Virus record (IMG/VR): IMGVR_UViG_3300008267_000027
Location: 1 to 64,000 of that record
Strand: one strand, 5' to 3'
Source of the DNA: a virus
DNA: 64,000 bases
How positions within the stretch are numbered: the first letter of the stretch is position 1; the number at the start of each line of letters is the position of its first letter. A model generated the notes under the pieces. That model was given only the letters and a program-made list of their open reading frames with translations. It was not told the DNA's origin and did no database searches. The position numbers and the translations under genes are program-made. Positions 18,545 to 27,400 of this stretch are shown piece by piece.

Positions 18545-20274
18545 GTTTAGAAATACTAAGCGGTATTTATGGAAGTGCTAGAAATGGGTCTAAAGATGTA
18601 ACAGATATACTTAGATCGTATATTAAAAATGATAGTTTAAATCTTTATGTATCTAATGGGATTTTTGGTGATCCTTGTCCTGGACACTTTAAATCTTTAT
18701 ATCTTAAGTATAAAGAACACGGTGTGTATAAAGAAAATTCTTGGGAAGAAGAGTCTAGTCTTAGATTGAACTCATTTAAAAAGACATTTTCTGTAATAAT
18801 AGGGTTTAGAAATTCTATTCCAGATAGACTTAGAAATTTAGTATACACTATTAAATATTACAAAAAGCACTTACCAGATTGTACTGTTATAGTAGTTGAA
18901 CAAGATAGTAGGGCCGATTTAAGTGAGGTGTATGATTACATAGATAAGTATGTTCATATAAATACAGGAAATGATTTTTATTCAAGGTCTTTAGGTTTTA
19001 ATCAAGGTTTTAATGTAAGCAATAGTGATTATGTTATTTTAGCTGATGGGGATTGTTTATTAGATGTTAACTTTTTAAATAATATACACGACTATTATGC
19101 TGAGTTTGATAGCTTGTTTGTAATACCTTATGTAAATCCTGTGTATTATTTATCTAAAGAAGAGACTGAAAGTTTTATTTTAAATAATGAAGACAACACA
19201 GGAAGTAATAAACATAGAAAAACAAACGCTTTAACCAATGCTTCTGGTGGTGTTGGTATAATAAGTTCTGATAATTTTTATCGTGTAGGGGGGTTTGATC
19301 AAAGATTTAGAGGATGGGGTGTTGAAGATGACGCTTTTCACAATAAGTGTGTAATGTTTAATTTAACATCCATACGATTAGGTGGGCAAATGGTACATCT
19401 ACATCACGCTGATTCTTTTAAAGGAAATGATAACTATGGTAATAATGTATCTATTTATGATAATGACTACGGTAAAAATAACGCTATAGATATTGTAAAT
19501 AGAATAGGGTTTACACATTTATCAAAAAATGTTGATGTTAGTAGAATAAAAATAGTGACAAACTCTCAACATGACGAGTTGTTAGAACTATCAAAACAAT
19601 TTTATTCTGATTTACCTTTTGAAATTATAAATGTATCTGGTAAAACAGGAATGTATGGGTATCAGTTCTTTGACCATGTTATAAAAACATTTACAGATGT
19701 AGATTGGATAATCTATATTGATGAGGATTGTTTTATAACAAATAAGAGTGCATTAATGGATCTTTTATATTATCAAATTAGACATAATATAGGATTTTCA
19801 GGGATGCCTGATGGAGGGGTTATAAGTCATAGATTTCACAACCCTGTTTCTATAAATGCATTCTTTACTATAATTAACTTAAAAAAATTAAGAGAGGAGA
19901 CTTTGAATCTAAAAGGATACTCTCACTATGCTAAAGATTTAGATAAATTTATTCCATATAACTTAATTAAAAAAGGATATGAGAATACCCCTGTAACAGA
20001 AAAAATAATTAATGAAGGTAACATACCATATGGTGTATCATATGATAACTTTGAACCTTATTATTCTATATTTTTCTCAGCATTAAGAAAAGGATTAACG
20101 CCTTTATATTTAGATGCTTATGATTATTCTGGAGATGAATATAGCACAGTGTTAAAAAATCATTTAGGTGTTGAGTTTGCTTATCACTCATGGTTTTCTA
20201 GAGGTTGGAATGATCCATATCATAAAGAAAGAATTAAAAAACTGATTGACTATTGTTTAACAATAAAACAATAA
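18532..20274 (+). CDS. Tri-domain glycosyltransferase: SUEL-like lectin + GT2/GT7-like + second GT-A domain
   Basis: IYGS...VSNGIFGDPCPGHFKSLYLKY; SVIIGFR, ILADGDCLL, GGFDQRFRGWGVEDD; WIIYIDEDCFI. Confidence 0.8.
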   Translation: MSVMSLEILSGIYGSARNGSKDVTDILRSYIKNDSLNLYVSNGIFGDPCPGHFKSLYLKYKEHGVYKENSWEEESSLRLNSFKKTFSVIIGFRNSIPDRLRNLVYTIKYYKKHLPDCTVIVVEQDSRADLSEVYDYIDKYVHINTGNDFYSRSLGFNQGFNVSNSDYVILADGDCLLDVNFLNNIHDYYAEFDSLFVIPYVNPVYYLSKEETESFILNNEDNTGSNKHRKTNALTNASGGVGIISSDNFYRVGGFDQRFRGWGVEDDAFHNKCVMFNLTSIRLGGQMVHLHHADSFKGNDNYGNNVSIYDNDYGKNNAIDIVNRIGFTHLSKNVDVSRIKIVTNSQHDELLELSKQFYSDLPFEIINVSGKTGMYGYQFFDHVIKTFTDVDWIIYIDEDCFITNKSALMDLLYYQIRHNIGFSGMPDGGVISHRFHNPVSINAFFTIINLKKLREETLNLKGYSHYAKDLDKFIPYNLIKKGYENTPVTEKIINEGNIPYGVSYDNFEPYYSIFFSALRKGLTPLYLDAYDYSGDEYSTVLKNHLGVEFAYHSWFSRGWNDPYHKERIKKLIDYCLTIKQ

Positions 20275-20286
20275 AACATATAAAAA

Positions 20287-20349
20287 GGAGGTTTGTTGGT
20301 TTCCTCCAATAACAATCCCCCCGATGTTTCTACATATAGGGGGTTTTTT
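20287..20349 (+). terminator. Hairpin followed by intrinsic terminator (3' end of the glycosyltransferase unit)
   Basis: GGAGG-TTTGTTGGTTT-CCTCC (20287-20307), then CCCCCC..ATGT-TTCT-ACAT..GGGGG-TTTTTT (20317-20349). Confidence 0.75.
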
Positions 20350-20438
20350 ATAATAAAATGTGGATAAGTTTTTTATGAAATTACATCCACTCTTCATATA
20401 TACTCTAACTTTATTCTCCGTACATAAACCTATAAAAT

Positions 20439-21635
20439 ATGAATCTATTTGAACAAGTAAAAAAGTCTTTGAAGTGGAAACAATCTAATCACTTCTGTGC
20501 TTCAAAATTAGGTATTTCAGTTGACAAATACATTGAAATGAAAAAACTTGTCAATCTTCAAGGAACTGTAGGTGAAGTTAAAAACAAAGTTGTAGAAAGA
20601 AAAGAAAACCTTGAGAATGGTACAGCTGAAATAAAAGGGTTTGCTATCTCTGAACCTAGAACAGCTGAAGAGATTATAGAACTTTTAAAGATAGATACTA
20701 CTAAATGGAAACTATCTAGCTACTGGAATAAAGAAACACATAGTGGATGGATGGTTTCTGCTATGGTAACAGCTATTAAAAAAGAACAAACAGATATATT
20801 AGCTGAAGTGATAGCTAATTTAAATCCTATATGTCAGGTTGAAACTGACGCTCAGTATATAAATGATAGCTTTGAGAGTGATAATGTAGGAATTATATCT
20901 ACACAAGACCTTCATTTTGGTAAAGAAGATAATGAAGATATTACAGAAAATTTTAAAGCAGCTATTAGCAGTCTTGTACGTAGGGCTTATATGTCACACA
21001 AGATGGATAAGATAATCTATGTAATAGGAGGAGATCTTCTTAATATGGATTCATTCTCTGGTGCTACTACATCAGGTACTCCTGTAGACAATAGTATGAA
21101 AGCGCAGGATGCTTATAAACAAGCTTTTGATGCACTACTATGGTCTATCATCTTTATTAAGAAATACTGTGAAAACTTGCATGTAGTTTATGTTCCAGGT
21201 AATCATGATAGACTTAGTTCCTATCATATAGCTCATGCTCTATCTAAATGTTTTGACGCTGAAGATTATAGTATATACTTTGATGTAGAGTATGCAGAGA
21301 GAAAAGTTGTGGTATATGGTCATAACTTTTTTGCTTTTGAGCATGGTGATGTTACCAAAAAGAATACAGCTTTAGTATATGCTACAGAGTTCCCTAAATC
21401 TTGGGGAGGTACTAAGTATCGCACTTGTTATACAGGGCACTTTCATTCTAAGAAAACTATAGAATACACTACAGAGAATGAGTATAACGGATTCTCTATC
21501 AAGCACTTACCTAGTCTATGTTCTACAGACTACTGGCACTACCATAACAAATACGTTGGTTCTAAACGTCAAGCTATCATGGAGATACATGATATTGAGA
21601 AAGGGAAGGTTTCAGAGTTTATATATACCGTATAA
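20439..21635 (+). CDS. Calcineurin-like metallophosphoesterase with N-terminal extension
   Basis: DLHFG, GGDLLN, PGNHD, EHGD and GHFH motifs in canonical order. Confidence 0.85.
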   Translation: MNLFEQVKKSLKWKQSNHFCASKLGISVDKYIEMKKLVNLQGTVGEVKNKVVERKENLENGTAEIKGFAISEPRTAEEIIELLKIDTTKWKLSSYWNKETHSGWMVSAMVTAIKKEQTDILAEVIANLNPICQVETDAQYINDSFESDNVGIISTQDLHFGKEDNEDITENFKAAISSLVRRAYMSHKMDKIIYVIGGDLLNMDSFSGATTSGTPVDNSMKAQDAYKQAFDALLWSIIFIKKYCENLHVVYVPGNHDRLSSYHIAHALSKCFDAEDYSIYFDVEYAERKVVVYGHNFFAFEHGDVTKKNTALVYATEFPKSWGGTKYRTCYTGHFHSKKTIEYTTENEYNGFSIKHLPSLCSTDYWHYHNKYVGSKRQAIMEIHDIEKGKVSEFIYTV

Positions 21636-21682
21636 ACTTTTAAAGTTTAAGTAGGAATCATCACATATTTTTCGTAAATTAA
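21633..21682 (+). promoter_or_regulatory. Palindrome TAAAC-N7-GTTTA plus promoter TAGG-N19-TAAATTA
   Basis: Palindrome 21633-21649; TAGG 21652-21655; TAAATTA from 21675; same geometry at 38840. Confidence 0.6.
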
Positions 21683-21697
21683 TAATGTAGGAGTATT

Positions 21698-22282
21698 ATG
21701 AAACAGTTTAGAAAACCAGATCTAAATGCACCAAGATATAGAGCTCAGAGGTTAAATATTCTAAATAAAGAGTTCTATGATGCGTTTAGAGAAGCTCATC
21801 CTAAATATTCATATTTATCTGATAAGGATATAAAGAATATAGTTATGGATGTCAATGGTAAGATTTGGCAAACTGTTATAGATGAGAGGGATGGTGTTGA
21901 GCTTCCTGAACAATTAGGTTATATTTTTATAGGAAGTTGCCCACCACCAAAGAAGACAAATACTAATTATTATATATCTAAGCAATTAGAAAAGGAGATA
22001 CAACATAGGAACTGGGAGAGTGATCAATACTTAGCTAAGATAGTGTATACTAATTCAGCTACAAAATACAGATTTCAGTTTTCTAATTTGTGGGGATTAG
22101 CTCCTGTAAGACAATTCTCAAGAACAGTTGCTAAAACATATCCTGAGAATTATACAAAATATATAATAGTGAATGATTATAAACAGATAAACAATCTGTT
22201 TAGGATACTTAATAATAAAATTAAAACTATCAAAACTCAAGAAGAAATCTTAAAAGATTATGATGAGTTTGATTTAGAATAA
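21698..22282 (+). CDS. HU/IHF-like DNA-binding protein (crAss-like)
   Basis: LSDKDIKNIVMDVNGKIWQTVIDERDGVELPEQLGYIFIG resembles the HU helix-helix-strand region; position in the tail module. Confidence 0.55.
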   Translation: MKQFRKPDLNAPRYRAQRLNILNKEFYDAFREAHPKYSYLSDKDIKNIVMDVNGKIWQTVIDERDGVELPEQLGYIFIGSCPPPKKTNTNYYISKQLEKEIQHRNWESDQYLAKIVYTNSATKYRFQFSNLWGLAPVRQFSRTVAKTYPENYTKYIIVNDYKQINNLFRILNNKIKTIKTQEEILKDYDEFDLE

Positions 22283-22292
22283 AATATTCCCT

Positions 22293-22967
22293 ATGGCAAC
22301 TACTATTGGAGAAGTAATTTCTAGAATCCGTAACCAGCTTAAAGCTGTTAAACAAGATCCCTTCTTAACAGACAGATACATATACAGTCTTATATCTAAG
22401 CATGCTCATTGGTTGATGAAGAGAGAAGACTCTAAGAATAAACTGATGAAGTTTAGTTCTGTAATACAAACTCTTGGAAATATAGAACTAATTGAGATTG
22501 ATAAAGTGGAAGCATGCTGCACAAATGCAAAATCAAACTGCACAATTAAAAGAACTAAAGAGAAACTTCCTGCTTTCATGCAAGGATACTATGGACCTTT
22601 GATTAGGTCTGTTTCTTCTTTAGATGGTTCTCAGTTGGTTAAAGCAACCAACCCTAGTATTTATGTGTCAATGACCCACTCTACAAGTTTTAAATACAAC
22701 AAAACAAAATACTTTTGGTATTTGAATGACTATCTTTATTTTCCAGATTTAGACTGGGATGCTGTAAAGATAGAGGGTATATTTGAAGATGATATTACAT
22801 CTTTTAACTGTGATCCTAATGATGATTGTACAGTGAGACAAGAACAACTGTTTAATGTTCCTGAGTATCTACATGGAGAAATTGAAAGTAATGTAATTAA
22901 AGACTTCGGATTAACTCTTCAAATACCAGGTGATAAAACTTCTGATAAACAACATATACTAAGATAA
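22293..22967 (+). CDS. Putative tail ring protein
   Basis: 224 aa; TIGEVISRIR...LTDRYIY, YFWYLNDYLY, VKIEGIFED; position. Confidence 0.6.
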   Translation: MATTIGEVISRIRNQLKAVKQDPFLTDRYIYSLISKHAHWLMKREDSKNKLMKFSSVIQTLGNIELIEIDKVEACCTNAKSNCTIKRTKEKLPAFMQGYYGPLIRSVSSLDGSQLVKATNPSIYVSMTHSTSFKYNKTKYFWYLNDYLYFPDLDWDAVKIEGIFEDDITSFNCDPNDDCTVRQEQLFNVPEYLHGEIESNVIKDFGLTLQIPGDKTSDKQHILR

Positions 22968-22968
22968 A

Positions 22969-23199
22969 ATGGCAACAAATTACAAAACTTATATTATAAT
23001 TGACTTCACCCATGATGAGTATGGGTTCGTCAATAATAACTCTGATATCAAAAAGTTTTATGCTGATTTAAATATCAACATAGCAACTCTTCCTACAGAT
23101 AGCAATGGTTATCTGAGTCAAGCTATTTTGGTAAATCCTAAAACTAAAGAGGAGTCTAAAATATTATTTAAATATGGCACAGCATTGTGCATTAATTAA
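22969..23199 (+). CDS. Hypothetical protein
   Basis: 76-aa ORF filling the gap between the ring genes. Confidence 0.6.
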   Translation: MATNYKTYIIIDFTHDEYGFVNNNSDIKKFYADLNINIATLPTDSNGYLSQAILVNPKTKEESKILFKYGTALCIN

Positions 23200-23204
23200 T
23201 TACA

Positions 23205-24038
23205 ATGACTGAATTAAAATATAAAACATTTAATCAACTTTTAAGTGAGGTGTTAATTGATTTTTACACTTTTAACTTAGAGGGTATGATTGATCCAGCT
23301 CAGCTTATTAAAGTAACTTTAAGAGTTAACTATGAGTTGGGTCTTAGAATTCATAAATCTAAAGATGTCATACTAGAACTTGATCATGGTAAATGTAAAT
23401 TACCAGATGATTTTTATGTTTTAAATTATGCTAATCTTGTAGGTAAATATACTGTACAAGACCCAGTTATATCAGGTTCTCACGTAGAAGATGTTATTTT
23501 AGAGACAGTTCCTGAAAATGGTTCATGCTGTAAAGTGAATGCGTGCAAATCAAGTTGCGGTCAATATTATAACTTAGTTCAAAGTTTAAGATCTGAAGTA
23601 AGAACTTATGAGGAGTTTTATCCTTTACAAGTTGGTAAGGCTAAGGTAGTATCTGAAGATTGCCCAAATCTCCAAGTTAAGTCTACAAATCAAGCACAAA
23701 TTAGAGATGGTTTTATTTTTACTAATCTTAATGAAGGTAAAATCCATATGAACTATATAGGTAATATGGAAGATGATGAGGGTAATTTGTTAGTATTAGA
23801 TCACCCTTTGATTAATGAATTTTATGAGTATGCTCTAAAACAAAGAATTTTAGAAAACCTTTTAATCAATGGTGAAGATGTAACATCAAGAGTTCAACTT
23901 ATAGAACAAAGAATGAGAGCTGCTAGAAATAATGCACTATCTCTAGTAAACACTCCAGACTATGCTGAAATGCAAAAACTTTGGGAAACTAATAGAAAAG
24001 CAATGTATGGAAAATACTACAACATGTTTAAGCGATAA
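23205..24038 (+). CDS. Putative tail ring/tubular protein
   Basis: 277 aa; KCKLPDDF, GFIFTNLNEGKIHMNY...DDEGNLLV; lies just upstream of the muzzle gene. Confidence 0.65.
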   Translation: MTELKYKTFNQLLSEVLIDFYTFNLEGMIDPAQLIKVTLRVNYELGLRIHKSKDVILELDHGKCKLPDDFYVLNYANLVGKYTVQDPVISGSHVEDVILETVPENGSCCKVNACKSSCGQYYNLVQSLRSEVRTYEEFYPLQVGKAKVVSEDCPNLQVKSTNQAQIRDGFIFTNLNEGKIHMNYIGNMEDDEGNLLVLDHPLINEFYEYALKQRILENLLINGEDVTSRVQLIEQRMRAARNNALSLVNTPDYAEMQKLWETNRKAMYGKYYNMFKR

Positions 24039-24408
24039 ACCTGCAAAATACTCTAAGAGTATAAAATTGCCAACATACAATTGTGAGCTTATGGTTATAA
24101 TTACCAGTAAGCTAAAAGATGATGCAACTAAGATATATAAAAAATATAAGATTAAAGATGATGATGAGGATGGTGAAAGTGAAGGAATAGTTATTAGTCC
24201 AGATATAGATAAGTATTTTTTAATGATTGATTTAAAATACCTATCTCATAATACACTAGCCCATGAGATATATCATGCTACAGTGAGAATAACAGAGGAT
24301 AGAGGTATTGTAGAAGAAGAAAGTCAAGCATGGTTATGTGGACATCTCACTGGTGTTATATATAAATTTTTAGATAAAAAGACATTGACAATTAAACATG
24401 GCGGATAA
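24007..24408 (+). CDS. Small HExxH metallopeptidase-like protein
   Basis: TLAHEIYHAT followed by EEESQAWL (zincin-like third ligand); start uncertain (23962 or 24007). Confidence 0.6.
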   Translation: MENTTTCLSDKPAKYSKSIKLPTYNCELMVIITSKLKDDATKIYKKYKIKDDDEDGESEGIVISPDIDKYFLMIDLKYLSHNTLAHEIYHATVRITEDRGIVEEESQAWLCGHLTGVIYKFLDKKTLTIKHGG

Positions 24409-27400
24409 CACACAAAATACTAATACTAACACAACTAACAGTTTTAATAAAGGATTAATAAAAGATCCTGCTGATAGTTTTGTTGGAGAAGGTTTATGGA
24501 CACATGCAAGAAATGCTGTTAATAATTCTACAGAGGGTCAGCTAGGATTATTAGGTAATGAACCTGCTACCACTCTTTGTAAGTATGTACCTTATACAAT
24601 AATAGGTTCTATATATTTAGGTGGGGAAGACTGGATTATATTTTCAACAGACAACTTTAATTCAGAGATAGGTAAGTTTAATGAGAAAGATTGCACATAT
24701 TCTAAATTAGTAAACGCTCCTTGTTTAAACTTTAAAACTTCTAACTTAATAAAGGCTGCAGTAAAATCTAATTTTGATTGCACGAGTTCTGTATACTGGG
24801 ATGATGGTATAAACCCCACGAGAGTTTTAAATGTAGATAATATTCCATATAAAGAAAAACCTAGAAAGAATACAGGAACAGAATGTTATGTAGCAGAATA
24901 TACTACTGATTTAGATTGTGAAGCCTTAAGACTTGCACCATTATTAAAAACACCTTGCGTTAATCTTTCAAAGGGGAAGACTGGCGGTATAATGCCTAAT
25001 GGTTCATACCAAGTTGTAATAGCTTATTCTATTAACGGTATTAAAGTTACTGATTACTTTTTACCATCTAACATACAATCTTTGTTTAGTCACTCAGATG
25101 TGTCTGGATCATTAGAGGTTGAAATAGAAAGTATAGATGAAGATTTTGATGAGTTTGAACTTGTAGTTATTAGTTATGTAAAAGAGAATATTACAGCTAG
25201 AAAAGTTGGGAACTATTCAACAAGAACTAAAAAAATATTCATTGACAAACTGGATGCTGCAGCTGTTGTAGTAGGTGTAGATAGGATACCTTTAAGAACA
25301 CCTTCTTATGAAAAATCAGATGGACTATATGATTTAAATGATTACTTGATAAGAGTGGGTATATACACCAAACCTGATTTTAACTACCAACCTCAGGCTA
25401 ACAAGATAGAAGCAAAATGGGTTGCTGTAGAAGTTCCTTCAAATTATTATGTTAAAGGAGGTAATGAAGTATCTTATTTGAGAGATGAAGTGTATTCATT
25501 TTTTATTAGATGGGTGTATAACACTGGTGAAAAATCAGCAAGTTATCATATTCCAGGAAGAGCTTCTCAAGGTAGAGATACATCTAATGCAGGTGGTACT
25601 GATGCAATAGAAACAAGAGAGGGTGGTGGACTAGTTAAAAAATGGCAAGTAAGTGATACATCTAAAATTTTAAATAAGTCAACATCTACATTAGAAGGTG
25701 TTGGTACTATTGTAGCACAAGGTGAAATGGCTTACTGGGAAAGCACAGAAAGATACCCAGATAATAATCCTGCAATATGGGGTGATTTGTGTGGTAAACC
25801 TATTAGACATCATAAAATGCCTGATAACAGCACCACTCATATTTATAATCTTGAGAATGATGCTATAGTATTATTAGGTGTAAAGTTTGAGGGTATTACA
25901 CATCCATTAGATAATGATGATAATCCAATATCATCTATAGTAGGTTATGAAATACTAAGAGGATCTAGAGAAGGTAATAAAACTGTTATTGCTAAAGGAC
26001 TTCTTAGTAATATGGCAGAGTATGATATTGATCCTGATGTATCAAGTAGAAAAGGTTTATATGCAAACTATCCTTTTAATGATCTTTCTGCAGACCCTTT
26101 CCTATCTAAGAAACCTGTAAAGGGTGGTTGTGAAGGTAAAGGATATACATCAATGGGAAGTTTTAGAAATGACTTATTTAGCTTTCACTCCCCAGATACA
26201 CAGTTTAGAGATCCTTTCTTAAACCCATATGAATTAAAAATACATGGTGAAGTTTTTGGAACAGTGGAAGGTAGCTTTAGTCCTGTATATAGACATCCAC
26301 AACATAAACTCATAAAAGACTTTGCTGTATTTTGTGCAGCTATTATAGGTGTTGGTGTAGGTATACTATCTATTAAAGGTAGAACTACAACAGGAACAGC
26401 AAAAGATCCTAAAAGAAGTCTTGATACAGGTTTAACAATGACAATTGGTGGTTTTGCAAATGGTCAATTAGTTAATACTCCATTAGGAGGATCATTAGGT
26501 GAAGGTACAATTAATACTTCTCAGACAACTGAACAACTTGTACCTACTGAAAATAGAACTTTGATGGCAGCCCAAGCTGCATTCACTTTTACATACTTTA
26601 TGGGAGCTGGTATGGATGAGGCGTTAAGAACAATAAGATTTATGCTTCCTTATCAGCAGTATGCTTATCAATACAATGCTCATGGATTATATAATAACTA
26701 TATAACTCCTACTCCTGGAAATATTAGACGTAAAGTTGTAGATGCTCAATATATTAATCCATATATTCAAGATTTTGGACCTACTGAAAGAATTAATAAT
26801 CTATTTAGAAGTCGGTTTGTAGCTTTAAGAATAGAAGATACATTAGAGAACCCATCCACAAAAGACAACTCTAGAGTTACTATTGGTATGCTTTCTCAAT
26901 GGGATAATCCTACAAGACCTTTTTCAAGAACAACATCTTCACACTATAGTTCTCTTAAAATACAATTACCTAGTCAATATGGACAACTTGATGGTATAAT
27001 GCAAGTACCTGTTTCAGGATGCACATATTACACTTCTGGTGAAAAAGATATAAGATATACTTCTCCTGTATTGTTTGGAGGAGACACCTACATAAACAGA
27101 TATACTGAAAAAAATGCATTCTTTTTCTTTAATGACTGGTTGATGGGACAACCTGATGGTTTTACATATGACTATATGCAGTATGTAAATGTCCCCTATC
27201 CTAGATATTGGATGGATAGCAGTGATTATGATTCTTCTAGATTAATTGCTCCATTAGCTAAGATAGCAGTTGGTGTATTTGGAGGAGCTGCATTAGGACA
27301 ACTTATAGGAAATATAATTCAAAATGCAGCAAGTAGTGCAGCAGGAACTATTGGAGGAACTGCAGGTAATATTGTAGGAACAGCTACAACAATTGGTGGT

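Noticed and set aside
20359-20367. Perfect DnaA box (TGTGGATAA, reverse complement TTATCCACA) in an intergenic region
   Set aside because: A single copy is expected by chance in an AT-rich 64 kb window; no box cluster was seen
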